This document shows positions 25,062 to 38,090 of a stretch of DNA of 64,000 bases, one piece after another (position 1 is the first letter of the stretch; each line of letters starts with the position of its first letter). This DNA is from Pristiophorus japonicus (Eukaryota), in assembly GCF_044704955.1 (NCBI RefSeq), contig NC_091999.1, positions 38,130,001 to 38,194,000 on the forward strand. The letters run 5' to 3'. A program made the translations under genes and the position numbers. The notes under the pieces were generated by a model, which worked only from the letters and a program-made list of their open reading frames with translations, was not told the DNA's origin and searched no databases.

Positions 25062-25700
25062 TGATGTGGAAAGAAACTACCCTGGGTCGTGGGCAGGTTA
25101 TGATGTGAGAAAGTTTATTACAAGCATGCAGGGGAGAGAATATTAGCAAAGACTCTCTCCGATAAACAATTACATCAGGTTTTATAAATGATTGTGCGGA
25201 AGTGTAAGCTTGACAATTTACAATGATAAAAAACATCTATATATATCTGTGACTAGCAGCTGTTCAACTGTTGGCTCTGCCCATGTGACTGGTTAATGTC
25301 TACGCCCATGTCTCTTCCAAAGCAAGATCAGAGTCTCGCACGTAGGCTTTGGAAGATGCCCTCCGTTATCTCAAATGTTTCAGTTTCAAGACATTTACAT
25401 CTCACGTTCTGTGGTTCTTCAACCACCATATCTGAAGTCACAAGTTGAACTTTCTGTCCTTTGTTCTAAACTGCTAAGCCTGCAGTTTTAACATGTTTAG
25501 CTTACAAATGGCCAAACGAAACGTCATGCCTTACGATGACAATAGCTTGTTACTAACATAGCTACAGCATCCATTAAAATGTCATTCTCACTTGCACGTG
25601 ATGGAATAATCACAGGTTCTAAACAAATCAGCACATTAAGAAATGCTACTATCCTATTAGCGCTTTAAGGCAGCTCCAGACCCTCGAGAACGCCACATCA
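25062..25700 (-). mobile_element. Putative 3' LTR (639 bp)
   Basis: 8-bp inverted termini TGATGTGG...CCACATCA; minus-strand purine tract GAGAAAAAGC directly upstream; TATA-like (~25185) then AATAAA (~25116) in the expected order. Confidence 0.6.
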
Positions 25701-25785
25701 GCTTTTTCTCAATATGTATATAATATATTACAATCATCGTAAGTTACATTTATTCTGAAACTCCACCATTTATTTTGAATTTGCA

Positions 25786-26340
25786 TCAATTATCATACTG
25801 ATCAAAAAAATTAATGTTGAATTTGTAAAATTTACGCCACAATTTAAGCAAGTGGTACATTGTATCGTCAACAAGCTCTACAACGTTGGACAACTGCTGT
25901 GAAGCTGATGGACTGATGGTCGTTGCAGGTTCTTTCAAGTCCTCCATTTCAATTCTTGCATTTTGCCCATATCCGCACAGTGTACTGCCCTGCTTTGGTT
26001 TCAAAGGGACAAGAGAATATTCCAGAACAAGTCCCATTTGTGAATCCCTCTCCATTCCCCTGCCCAGTGTCCAGTACGGCAAGTTGGTGATTGGTTCGCA
26101 GAAATAATGAGCATCATAACAGTGGGAATATCTCCAACAAGGTTTAGACATATATAGAGTTACATACATATAATGGCCAGGAATTTCCGTGGCATTTAAT
26201 GCATACATGGTGCCTATGTGGCCATAAGTACCACGCAAGTTCCAGCTTTCTGGAAGTGATGTGCATTCATGAAAACCCAGAAATTGCAATCTGTCAAGAT
26301 TTTCCTTGACAGATCGGCCGCATCCCTGGGAAATGGACAT
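25786..26340 (-). CDS. Orphan ORF immediately upstream of PPT/3' LTR (possible retroviral accessory or env remnant)
   Basis: 184-codon open frame of non-repetitive, Cys/Tyr/His-rich sequence ending 85 bp before the LTR; no family recognised, true start unclear. Confidence 0.35.
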   Translation of the reverse strand: MSISQGCGRSVKENLDRLQFLGFHECTSLPESWNLRGTYGHIGTMYALNATEIPGHYMYVTLYMSKPCWRYSHCYDAHYFCEPITNLPYWTLGRGMERDSQMGLVLEYSLVPLKPKQGSTLCGYGQNARIEMEDLKEPATTISPSASQQLSNVVELVDDTMYHLLKLWRKFYKFNINFFDQYDN

Positions 26341-27894
26341 TTGATGGTGGAGATTTTGGCTATTTGCCTAGCGAATGCCCATGAAAATCTTGCACCTGCT
26401 AAAAGGAGGCAGAGTGTTTTATTTTACCAGTGTAAGATTGAAGTTATTATTCAAATATATTTTAATCATTTAAACATAATAAAACCTTTAAAAGTTATTA
26501 TGTTAACTTAACTTCTTGAAAACATTTACATTTATTTTTCAAAAAGTTAAATATTTGTTTAAAATGTTTACTTTAATTGTATTTTAATTCATTTTGATGT
26601 ATTGCTTGAGTTATAATTAAAAGGTGTATAGTTCTGTTTTTAGGGGGTTCCTATTATCTTCTCTTAGGCAGACCCCAGAGTTGAGGATGACTTGCTTCCA
26701 CACTAAAATGGGTTCGAAGGTGACTGCTGAGAACAATGGTGGATTTAGAGTCTCTCTCACAGGTGGGGCAGAGGGTTTTTGGAGGGACTGGTGGGTGGGG
26801 TGCTTGATTTGTCGTTCACTCCTTCCGCTCTTTATACTTGGCTTCTACTTGATCACGGCGGATAAACTTGAAGTCCTTGGTGCCTTGTAGGATTCTTCTG
26901 ATCCACTTGGGCCAGGTATTCCCAAGGGTCAGTGGGGATGCTAATTTTTATCAAGGAGGCTTTGATGGTGTCGTTGAAGCGTTTTCTCTGCCCTCCTCGA
27001 CCTCGCCTGCTGTGACCAAGCTCAGAGTAGAATGCTTGTTTCGGAACTCTAGTATCGGACATGCGGACAATGTGGCCCGTCTATCGGAGCTGATCGAGCA
27101 TATTAAATGCCACGATGCAAGGGAATTTGGCCTGAGAGAGAACCCTGATGTTGGTGCGCTTATCCTGCCAATAAGTTCGCATGATCTCGCGGAGGAAGCG
27201 TTGGTGCTACTTCTCCAGTGCTTTGAGGTGCCTACTGTACATAGTCCATGTCTCTGAAGCATAGAAGAGGCCGGATACCACGACTGTTGCCTGTTTCTGG
27301 GATTGAGATCTTGGTGTTTGAACACTCTTTTCCTCAATCGACCAAAGGCTCCACTGGCACATTGAATAATGTGATGGACTTCGTCATCGATGTCTGTCCT
27401 TGCTGATAGTAGGCTCCCAAGTTATGGGAAGTGGTCCCGATTGTCAAAGATCCCGACATGGATCTTGATAATCGAGGAGCAGTACTGTGTAGCGGGGTCG
27501 GGTTGCTGGAGAACGTTTGTCATACTGATGCTTAATGAAAGGCCCACTATCTCGTATGCTCCAGTGAAATGTCAATGATGGTTTGGTGTATGGGCTCTGA
27601 ATGTGCACAAATGCAAGCAACGTCTGAATACTGTAATTCAATGAAAGAGGCTGGACCTACCTTGGATCTGTACCGGAGGCGTCACAGGTTGAACAATTTC
27701 CTGCTTGTCCATTAGATTAACTACACACCAGTGGCGAGATTTTTAAAGGTGATGTGAAGCATTGCAGCGAGGAAGATTGAGAAGAGCGTCCTTGTGATGA
27801 CACAGCCTTGCTTAACCTCCTTCTGAACTTATATTGTGTTTGTAGTAGATCCTTTGGTGATAAATTTCAGAGGAGAACCAAATTTGAGAATGAC

Positions 27895-28446
27895 TGATGT
27901 GGAGTATTAAAAAAGATACTCGATACAAGTTTTTCCATGTTTCTGTTTTTATACAGTCAAAATACATACAAAATCATAAAGTTCCATGTGGAGGCTTTCC
28001 ATTTGTTGTTTCCCTGCTGCGTCACAAATTTTTCTCCTACCTACTACGATAACAAATATTAATTGTTTAATACAATTACTTTGAAAGCAAGCTTCGTTAC
28101 GTCCTCTGTGCACTTTTTATCTGATAAGTTAAGTGTCACATCATTCTTAGCTCTTCTCCTCTTTGCCTAACTGCTTTGAATCAGGTGAGATATTCTTCAA
28201 TCATCTTTTGTTTCCCGTAGTCTCTTACTACCCCATGTAACGTAGCCTTGGAATGTATTTTTCTCAACTGTCTGGTTTATACTGTGATAAGATGATCTAT
28301 CTTCCTGAGCGTTCTAGTTCTATCATTTTCCCTATGTTCGTAGCACGTATTTTTTTCTCTTACAAACTTGCTTTTAATTTTTAGCTTTACTTAATTAGGT
28401 CCCCTTATTAACCAATTAGGTTCACGCTACATATTTTTTTTCTGCA
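27895..28446. mobile_element. Solo-LTR-like insertion in the RTE
   Basis: TG...CA ends, ATGAC duplicated at 27890-27894 and 28447-28451; RTE reading frame rejoins across it. Confidence 0.7.
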
Positions 28447-29305
28447 ATGACACTCCATAATCCCTCATGGTTGACGGATTCGGAGACCTTTGTGAGAGCA
28501 AAGTAAGCGATGTACAAAGATTGAAGTAGCTCCATACATTTTTCGTGGAATTGTCACACGGTGAATATCATGCCCATTGTGCCCCTTAGTTTGTGGAATC
28601 CGCATTTCGACTGTGGGAGGAGCTCTTCAGTCATTGGGAGGAGATAATTGAGGATGACTTGTGCGATAATTGTTCTTGCGGATTTCTGTAATTACTGCAA
28701 TCGGACTTGTCACCTTTCTTGAAGATGGGCACGATTACAGCATCTTTGAGAGGCCCTGGTATGCTCTCCTCCTTCCAGTTAAGGGATATGAGGACATGAA
28801 TTCGGGCCAAGTGTATTAAACCACCATGTGTTAGTGCTTTGGTGGGGATTCCTGAGGCCTTGTTGTTCTTCAGTTGTCAGAAAGCCTTTTCACTCTCGTG
28901 CTGGGCCAGGATTTTACCGATGTGGTGACGGGTTATATGTTGTGGGATGGGGCCAAGGACACTCACATCAAAGACAGAGGCTTGGTTGAGGTGATCCACG
29001 AAATGCTCCTTCCAGCGGCTAATGACTGCCTCTATGTCCATGATGAGCACTCCTCCATTCTAGGCTCTCAGTAGAATCGGACAGTGTGCTTGGGCCGTAG
29101 GTGATCTTGATTGTGCTAAAAAAAAATCCACGCACGTCATGATTGTCAGCTAATTGCTGGATCTCCTGCGCGTTTTCCACCCACCATCTGTTCTTATGTC
29201 ACGAGTTTTTTGTTGTACCTCAGCCTTTACTTGTCTCTAGAACTGCTTGCTTTCACTCGAGTTGTGGTGTTGTTTCCAATTAAGAAATGATTTGCGTTTG
29301 CGGTT

Positions 29306-30398
29306 TGTCAGACAGGAAGCAAAGAGTAGGAGTAAATGGGGACTTTTCAGAATGGCAGGCAGTGACTCGTGGGGTACCGCAAGGTTCTGTGCTGGGGCCC
29401 CAGCTGTTTACACTGTACATTAATGATTTAGACAAGGGGATTAAATGTAGTATCTCCAAATTTGCGGATGACACTAAGTTGGGTGGCAGTGTGAGCTGCA
29501 AGGAGGATTCTATGAGGCTGCAGAGCGACTTGGATAGGTTAGGTGAGTGGGCAAATGCATGGCAGATGAAGTATAATGTGGATAAATGTGCGTTTATCCA
29601 CTTTGGTGGTAAAAACAGAGAGACAGACTATTATCTTAATGGTGACAGATTCGGAAAAGGAGAGGTGCAACGAGACCTGGGTGTCATGGTACATCAGTCA
29701 TTGAAGGTTGGCATGCAGGTACAGCAGGCGGTTAAGAAAGCAAATGGCATGTTGGCCTTCATAGCGAGGAGATTTGAGTACAAGGGCAGGGAGGTGTTGC
29801 TACAATTGTACAGGACCTTGGTGAGGCCACACCTGGAGTATTGTGTACAGTTTTGGTCTCCTAACCTGAGGAAGGACATTCTTGCTATTGAGGGAGTGCA
29901 GCGAATGTTCACCAGACTGATTCCCGGGATGGCGGGACTGACCTATCAAGAAAGACTGGATCAACTGGGCTTGTATTCACTGGAGTTCAGAAGAATGAGA
30001 GGGGATCTCATAGAAACGTTTAAAATTCTGACGGGGTTAGACAGGTTAGATGCAGGAAGAATGTTCCCAATGTTGGGGAAGTCCAGAACCAGGGGACACA
30101 GTCTAAGGATAAGGGGGAAGCCATTTAGGACTGAGATGAGGAGGAATTTCTTCACCCAGAGAGTGGTGAACCTGTGGAATTCTCTACCACAGAAAGTTGT
30201 TGAGGCCAATTCACTAAATATATTCAAAAAGGAGTTAGATGAAGTCCTTACTACTAGGGGAATCAAGGGGTATGGTGAGAAAGCAGGAATGGGGTACTGA
30301 AGTTGCATGTTCAGCCATGAACTCATTGAATGGCGGTGCAGGCTAGAAGGGTCGAATGGCCTACTCTTGCACCTATTTTCTATGTTTCTATGTTTCTA
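29306..30398 (+). mobile_element. Young CR1 LINE 3' portion with uninterrupted RT ORF
   Basis: ORF 29287-30300 (GVPQGSVLGP, KFADDTK), no stops; (TTTCTATG)n tail. Confidence 0.97.
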
Positions 30399-31291
30399 TT
30401 AGCTCCTGGATCTCTTGGTCATTCGCATCGAACCAGTTTTGATATTTTCTGGTTTTGTAGCCAAGAGTTTATTCGCAGATGCTAATTTTAGTGGATTTAG
30501 GCAGAACAGGCACGATGGACACTCTGCGGCTTTGGTTGATTGGAAGTCGTTCGGTAGGCTCTGAGCAGTTGGCTGATTAGGACTTTCTTTGCAGGGTCTT
30601 TGACAGCTTCAATGTTGATTTTTTACGGCAGCATTTATGTTGCCCCTGCTGTTTTGAGGCTGTATTGATGGAGATAATAGAGCGGATTAGGCGGTGGTCA
30701 ATCCAGCAGTCAGTAGCTCCTGCAATGTCATGAGTGATGCGGACATCCTTGTGGTCCCTCACTCGGATGCCAGTGCCTGGAGCGAGGGTGTTGCCATGTG
30801 GCCTTGTATTTGTCATTCTGACGAAACAAGGTGTTGGATATGACAAGACCATGTTATAAGCAATTCCTCAGGAGGAGAATCCCATTGGAGTTGGTTTTCC
30901 CTAGTCCTTCCCTGGCAATCACTCCTCTCATGAGGTCTGTGTCCTTTGCAACTCTGCCGTTAAAGTCATCAAGGAGAATCAGCGTGTTGCCTGTTGGGAG
31001 TCGGGTCAGGGATTGTTCCAGGCTGGAGTAGAATTCCTCTTTGTTCGTGTCCGTAGTATCCAGGGTTGATGCGTATGCCCCATTGAGATGGTGTTCTTCT
31101 TCTGGTGTGCCGTTTGAGAATGTGTATCAACCACCTTGTTCCTTCAGCTGACCTTGTCCTGCCCACTGTGAGGCACAGCACAGAAGCCAAGTCGGGAAGC
31201 CAAGACAGGCAATAAAGTTGGCATCCAGGGTAGGTTCATCACAAACCAGCAGTGAGGTCGGAGTCTGAGGCCAACAGCAAGGTCGGTACTC

Positions 31292-31445
31292 GAGGAAGGT
31301 AAGGTACGGAACAACAGGGTGATCGGGACCCAGGGAAGGTACAGCACGGTCCAACAGGTAGGTTGCGACCAGGAAAGGTACAGCACGGACCAACAAGGAG
31401 ATCGGGACCCAGGGAAGATACAGAAAATACCAGCAGGGAGGTCGT
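31292..31445. repeat. ~40-bp tandem repeat, about 4 copies
   Basis: Unit approx AGGGAAGGTACAGCACGGACCAACAGGNGATCGGGACCC. Confidence 0.75.
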
Positions 31446-31754
31446 CACATGTGGCTAGCAGCATGGCCGGGACCCGAGGCGAGCAGCGAGGTCGAGACAC
31501 GAGGCCAGAATGTACGTGGTCACTAGAAAACAACCAACGACAAAAGTGTGAGCTGTTGGAGAGAGAATCGAAAAGCGCAGGAGAGTCACGTGCTGGAGCT
31601 GGTGCCGCGGTGGGGGGCGGGTGGCGGGGCACTGTGTCAGTATACTATGCACAAGTCCGCAAACTGCTCCACGATTAAGGTACTCACCTACACTGTGATC
31701 TCTGAAAACCAGGTAGAGAGGACCTGACAGAGCAGGTCAGTAGGAAGATCGAAG

Positions 31755-33738
31755 CATAGAAACATAGAAAATAGATGCAGGAGTAGGCCATTCGGACTTT
31801 CGAGCCTGCACCACCATTAAATAAGATCATGGCTGAACATTCACCTCAATACCCATTTCCTGCCTTCTCTCCATACCCCTTGCTCCCTTTAGCCATAAGG
31901 TCCATATTCAACTCCCGCCTGAATATATCTAACGAACTGCCATCAACAACTCCCTGCGGAAAAGAATTCCACAGGAGAGCAACTCTCTGAGTGAAGCAGT
32001 TTCTCCTCATCTCGGTCCTAAATGGCTTACTCCTTAACCTTAGACTCTGATCTCTGGTTCTGAACTCCCCCAACATCGTGATCATTCTTTCTGCATTTAA
32101 CCTGTCCGGTCCCGTCAGAATTTAGTATGTTTGTAGGAGATCCCCTCTCATTCTTCTAAACTCCAGCGAAAAGAAGCCCAGTCGATCCAGTCTCTCCTCA
32201 GATGTCAGTCCTGCCATACCGGGCATCAGTCTGGTGAACCTGCGCTGCACTCCCTCAATAGCAAGAACTTCCTTCCTCAGATTAGGGGACCAAAAGTGAA
32301 CACTATATTCCAAGTGAGGCCTCACCAAGGCCCTGTAGAGCTGCAGGAAGCCTTCCCTGTTCAGCTACTCAAATCCCCTAGCTATGAACGCCAAACTGCC
32401 ATTTGCCTTCTTCACCACTTGCTGCACCTGCACTTCAAGCATCAATGACTTACGTACCATGACACGCAGGTCTTGTTGCACCTCCCCTTTACATAATCTG
32501 CCACCATTCAGATAATATTCTGGCTTCACGTTTTGCCACCAAATTGGATAACCGCACATTTGTCCACATTATACTGCATCTGCGATGCATTTGCTTACTC
32601 ACCTAACCTGTCCGAGTCATCCTGCAGTCTCCTAGCATCCTCCTCACAGGTCACACCACCACCCAGCTTAGTGTCATCTGCAAGCTTGGAGATATTACTC
32701 TCAATGCCTGCATCTAAATCATTCATGTATGTTGTAAATATCTGTGATCCCAGCACTGACCCCTGTGGCACCCCACTCGTCACTGCCTGCAATTCTGAAA
32801 AGGACACGATTAACCTAACTCTCTGCTTACTGTCTGCTAACCATTTCTCTATCCACGTCAATACATTGCTCCCAATACCATGTGCTTTACTTTTGCACAC
32901 CAATCTCTTGTGTGGGACCTTGTCAAAAGCCTTTTGAAAGTCCAAATACATCATATCCACTGGTCCTCCCTTGTCCACTCCACTAGTTACATCCTCAAAA
33001 AGTCTAAAAGATTTTTCAAGCATGATTTCCCTTTCCTAAATCCATGCTGACTTGGAGCGCACCTTTCACTGATTTCCAAATGCCACTAATTCATCTTTAA
33101 CAACTGATTCCAACATTTCCCCCAATACTTATGTCAGGCTAATTGGTCTATAATTTCCCCTTTTCTCTCTCCCTCCTTTTTTAAAAAGTGGTGTTACATT
33201 AACTACCTTCCAGTCCATAGGAACTAATCCAGAGCCGATAGACTGTTGGAAAATTATCATCGATGCATCCATTATTTCTTGGGTCACTTCCGTAAGTACT
33301 CGTGGGATGCAGACTATCAGGCCCTGGGAATTTATCGGCCTTCATCCCCGTCAATTTCCCTTACACAATTTCCTGCCCAATAAGAATTTCCTTCAGTTCC
33401 TCCTTCTCGCTAGACCATCGAGAAGGAGAAACTAGTATTTCTGAAACGTTCGTTGTGTCTTCCTCAGTGAAGTCAGAACAAAAGTATTTGTTCAATTGAT
33501 CTGCCATTTCTTTGTTTCCCATTATAAATTCACTTGATTCTGATTGAAAGGGCCCTACGTTTGTCTTCACTAATCTTTTCCTCCTTGCATATCTATAGAA
33601 GCTTTTGCAGTCAGTTTTTCTGTTCCCAGAAAGCTTCCTCTCTTAATCTATTTTCCCCATCCGAAATTGACCCTTTGTCCTCCTCTGCTGAATTGTAAAT
33701 TTCTCCCAGTCCTCAGGTTTGCTGCTTTTTCTGGCCAT
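31755..33738 (-). mobile_element. CR1 LINE (5'-truncated)
   Basis: YLDFQKAFDKVPH, GVPQGSVLG, KLADD; CATAGAAA tail at 31756. Confidence 0.95.
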
Positions 33739-34034
33739 GTTCAACAGGCACATTCCTATTTATGTTTTTGGTGATTCCATAAGTTAGTGGAATCTCCATG
33801 ATCATAACTGGGATTCACCTTTTGATTGGTCGGCCTGGCCCAATGATCCCAGGGTCACATGCTAAACGCGTGCACCCCTGGGATATGTGGACCTTTATGC
33901 ATGCGTACCTGTAGAGGCCCAGGAGCGCCAGTGTTCGAACTTCCGTGACCATCAGTTAGGGTCGTATTTTCTCGTGGTTCAGAGGCATTCGACCATGGGA
34001 AAGCTCTGACCGCAAATTCAGGCCAATAATATTC

Positions 34035-34260
34035 GATAGAGACAGATCGATAGAAGGAGTGATGGAGACAGATAGATGGAGAGATAGACAGATTTAGATA
34101 GCAACATATAAATACAGTTAGAAAGAGAGATAGATAGATTATGGAGATACATAAATATGTAGATAATTGTAGAAGGATTCTGTGTGAGAGATATTAATCG
34201 ATGCATCAACAGAAACGTACATAGAAAGATGGAAAGTGGTGGATGGTTGGATAGATATGC
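34035..34260. repeat. Degenerate (GATA)n tract
   Basis: GATA/GACA low-complexity runs. Confidence 0.7.
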
Positions 34261-34593
34261 ATATGGTTAAACTGTACTTGTAGTGATACGCGGAAAGATA
34301 AATCAACAGAGAACAAATTTATGAGTAAGTAACATTGATAGATAAATGTAATCATTCGTTCGTGATAGACACACAAGCTAAGTTTGGACTGATTTCACTT
34401 TAGGCAAGTTCAATCTGCTATAATTTGTAGCATATTTGCTCAGCCGCAATTACTGGCCCAAACAGTGTTGCTCCTGATGTTCGTGTCTTCAGCACATTCT
34501 CTCCGAACTTAATGTGGAAAAGCAGATTGTAAGTTCTTACACTCTAACTCAGACCCTGCTGATGTGAGCGTGTGGGTTACTGTTCGGAGCATC

Positions 34594-37500
34594 TTACACA
34601 GTGCAGCAGCGCGATCGCCATTCAAAGCTCTGCGACCTGAAAATGTACAGCAAGGGATTGAGGAAGGCAATGAATGAAGTGAGGGTCCAGTTGTAAAATT
34701 TACCATTGCCCCTGTAAAAAAAACTGAGAATGGATCCGCTGGATCTAGCAAATCCTTTATCTCAAAATACAATCAAAATACAATTCAGGGATGTGATAAG
34801 GGTCAAAGCAGAAAAGAAGAAACAAAATTACACGAATGTACTTCAGCACTTTCTTCTTCATCAGCTCCATAGATTCCTTCTCAGCTCCCACTTCTATCAT
34901 TATTTTTGTGGTTAGGGTATAGCAGATCAACAACATCAGGATTGGAAATAATTTAATTTAAAAAAATTGCATGAAAATTTGCCACGATAATTGCATAAAG
35001 TTGCATGAAACCTTAGCAGCTAGTTCTCATTGTGAAAAGGTTATCAGGCTCAGGGCAAAACTGCCACCCAAATTGCATAGGCTAGAATGAGGTAGCATCG
35101 AGGCCTTCTCCAGACATGAGACCTAATGTGGTGGACAAAAAAATATATTGGTCAAGGAGATGGGGTAGCGTTGCTGGTTAAAGAGGAGATTAAAGTAATA
35201 GTAAAGAAGGACATTAGCTTGGATGATGCGGAATCTGTATGGGTAGAGCTGCGGAACACCAAAGGGCAGAAAACGCTAGTGGAATTTGTGTACGGACTAC
35301 CAAACAGTCATAGTGAGGTGGGGGTGGCATCAAACAGGAAATTAGAGATGCGTGCAATAAAGGTACAGCAGTTTTCATGGGTGACTTTAATTTACATATA
35401 GATTGGGCTAACCAAACTGGTAGCAATATGGTGGAGGAGGATTTCCTGGAGTGTATAAGCGATGGTTTTCTAGACCAATATGTCGAGGAATCAACTAGAG
35501 AGCTGGCCATCCTAGATTGTGTAATGAGAGAGGATTAATTAGCAATCTTGTTCTGCGAGGCCACTTGGGGAACAGTGACCTTAATTTGATATAATTCTTC
35601 ATTAAGATGGAGAGTGACACAGTTAATTCAGAGACTAGGGTCCTGAAATTAAAGAATGTTAATTTCGATGGAATGAAACGGATTGGCTAGGATAGACTGG
35701 CGAATGATACTTAAAGGGTTGACGGTGGATAGGCAATGGCAGACTTTTAAAGATCACATGGATGAACTTCAATAATTACATATCCTTGTCTGGCATAAAA
35801 ATAAAACGGGGAAAGTGGCTCAACCGTGGCTATCAAGTGAAATTCGAGATTGTGTTAAATCCAAGGAAGAAGCATATAAACTGGCCAGAAAAGCAGCAAA
35901 CCTGAGCACTGGGAGAAATTTAGAATTCAGCAGAGGAGGACAAAGGATTTAATTAGGAGGGGGCAACTAGAGTATGAGAGGAAGCTTGCCGAGAACATGA
36001 AAACTGACAGCAAAGCTTCGATAGATATGTAAAGAGAAAAAAATTAGTTAGGACAAATGTAGGTCCCTTGCAGTCAGAATCAGGTGTTAGGGAAATTGAT
36101 GGGATTGACGGTCGATAAAACCCCAGGGACTGATAGTCTGCATCCCTGAGTATTTGAGGAAGTGGCCCTAGAAATAATGGATGCATTGGTGCTCATTTTC
36201 CAACATTCTATAGATTCTAGATCAGTTCCTATGGATTGGAGGATAGCTAATGTAACCCCACGTTTTAAAAAAGGTGGGAGAGAGAAAACAGGGAATTATA
36301 GACCGGTTAGCCTGACATCGGGAGTGGGGAAAATGTTGTAATCCATCATTGAAGATGTAATAGCAGCGCATTTGGAAAGCAGTGACAGGATCTGTCCAAG
36401 TCAGCATGGATTAATGAAAGGGAAATCATGTTTGCCAAATCGTCTTGAAGTTTTTTAGGATGTAACCAGTAGCGTGGACAAGGGAGAACCAGTGGTTGTG
36501 ATGTATTTGGACTTTCAAACGGCTTTTGGCCAGGTCCCACATAAGGGATTAGTGTGTAAAAATTAAAGCACATGGTATTGGGGGTAATGTATTTACGTAG
36601 ATAGAGAACTGATTGGCAGACAGGAAGCAAAGAGTAGGAATAAACGGTTCCTTTTCAGAATTGCAGACAGTGACGAGTGGGGTACCTCAAGGTTCAGTGC
36701 TGGGACCTCAGCTAGTTACGATATACATTAATGATTTAGGCGAAGGAATTGAATGTAATATTTCCAAGTTTGCAGATGACACTAAGTTGGATGGCAGTGT
36801 GAGCTGTGAGGAAGATGGTAACAGGCTGCAGGGTGACTTGGACAGGTTAGGTGAGTGGACAAATGCATGGCAAATGCAGTATAATATAGATAAATGTGAG
36901 GTTACCCACTTTGGTGACAAAAACAGGGAAGCAAAATATTATCTGAATGGTGACAAATAAGAAAAGTGGAGGTGCAACGAGACCTGGGTGTCATGGTACA
37001 TCAGTAATTGAAAGTTGGCATGAAGTTTCAGCAAGCGGTGAATGGCATATTGGCCTTCTTCGCGAGAGTTATTGAATATAAGAGCAGGAAGGTCTTACTG
37101 AAGTTGTACAAGGGCCACACCTTCATATTTGTGTAGAGTTTTGGTCTCCTTACCTGAGGAAGGACATTCTTGCTATTGAGGGAGTGCAGCGAAGGTTCAA
37201 AAGACAGATTCGCGGGATGGCAGAACTGACATATGAAGAAAGACTGGATCGACTAGGCTTATATTCACTGGAATTTAGAAGAATGAGAGGGGATCTCATA
37301 GAAACATGTAAAATTCTGACGGGATTGGACTGGTTAGATGCAAGAAGCATGGTCCCGATGTTGTGGAAGTCCAGGACCATGATTCTAAGGATAAGGGATA
37401 AGCAAATTAGGACCGAGATGAGAAGAAACCTCTTCACTAGAGAAATGTGAAGCTGTGGAATTCTCTACCACAGAAAGTTGTTGAGGCCAGTTCGTTAGAT

Positions 37501-38090
37501 ATATTCAAAAGGGAGTTAGATGTGACACTTGCAGCTAAAGGGATCAAGGGGTATGGAGAGAAAGCGGGAATGGGGTAATGAAGTTGCATGATCAGCCATG
37601 ATCATATTGAATGGTGGTGCAGGCTCGAAGGGCCGAATGGCCTACTTTTTCACCTATTTTCTATGTTTCTATGTAATCGCAATGCAGGTCATGAAAAGTG
37701 CGTTGCCATAAAGATTGATTGGACGCAAGAGGGCACTGACATCACGGAATTACTCCATAATCTGCTTCCAAGGATACATTGAATATGGGAAAGTATAGAG
37801 ACCAGGATAATCAAGAAGTCGGTGATCATTAAATCCAGAAGGAGGACATCACTTGCTTGTGAGACCTTCTTCATTCGTATGATGTGCCACAGTGCACTTG
37901 AGGTCCCGGTAATGCCCGATACAAGCACTAATACAAGGAAACAGGGAAGGGCGATGATTTTGATCTGAGCCACTTCGTCATAGGCGTTGTCCATCGAGGG
38001 CCCAGTCTGATTGGATGAGTTGATCTCCGACCAGGATCTGTTGACTTGCGTTCCAACTCTCAAAACTAACCATTTGATGTTGTGGCAAAT
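34594..38090 (-). pseudogene. Intronless class A GPCR pseudogene, P2Y/LPAR-like, split by CR1
   Basis: Right part: TM1-TM3 (..LLLDLMITDFLIIL.., FMTCIAIT). Left part: VHHIRSHVWRRPR..AIWVAV, ILMLLICY, LFCFDPYHI, FLNPLLYIF (NPLLY at 34659-34645), stop at 34594. Several frameshifts and stops. Confidence 0.85.
35152..37673 (+). mobile_element. CR1 LINE (EN through 3' end, decayed) inserted in GPCR TM3
   Basis: GDGVALLVK, ESVWVEL, GVPQGSVLGP, KFADD; TTTCTATG tail. Confidence 0.95.

Larger units (their letters stand above)
26656..33752 (-). mobile_element. Decayed RTE-clade LINE with nested insertions
   Basis: Minus-strand motifs AYASTLDT..KEEFYSSL, WFDANDQEIQEL, SVNHEGLWSVI/LKFG, RVPKQAFYSEL..GQRKRFNDTIKASL; candidate TSD TTCCTATT at 26648-26655 and 33753-33760. 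Core homology covers 26656-31080; the 5' boundary is inferred. Confidence 0.75.

Noticed and set aside
31630-31711. CACTGTG heptamers
   Set aside because: No nonamer at 12 or 23 bp spacing and no J/D coding sequence.
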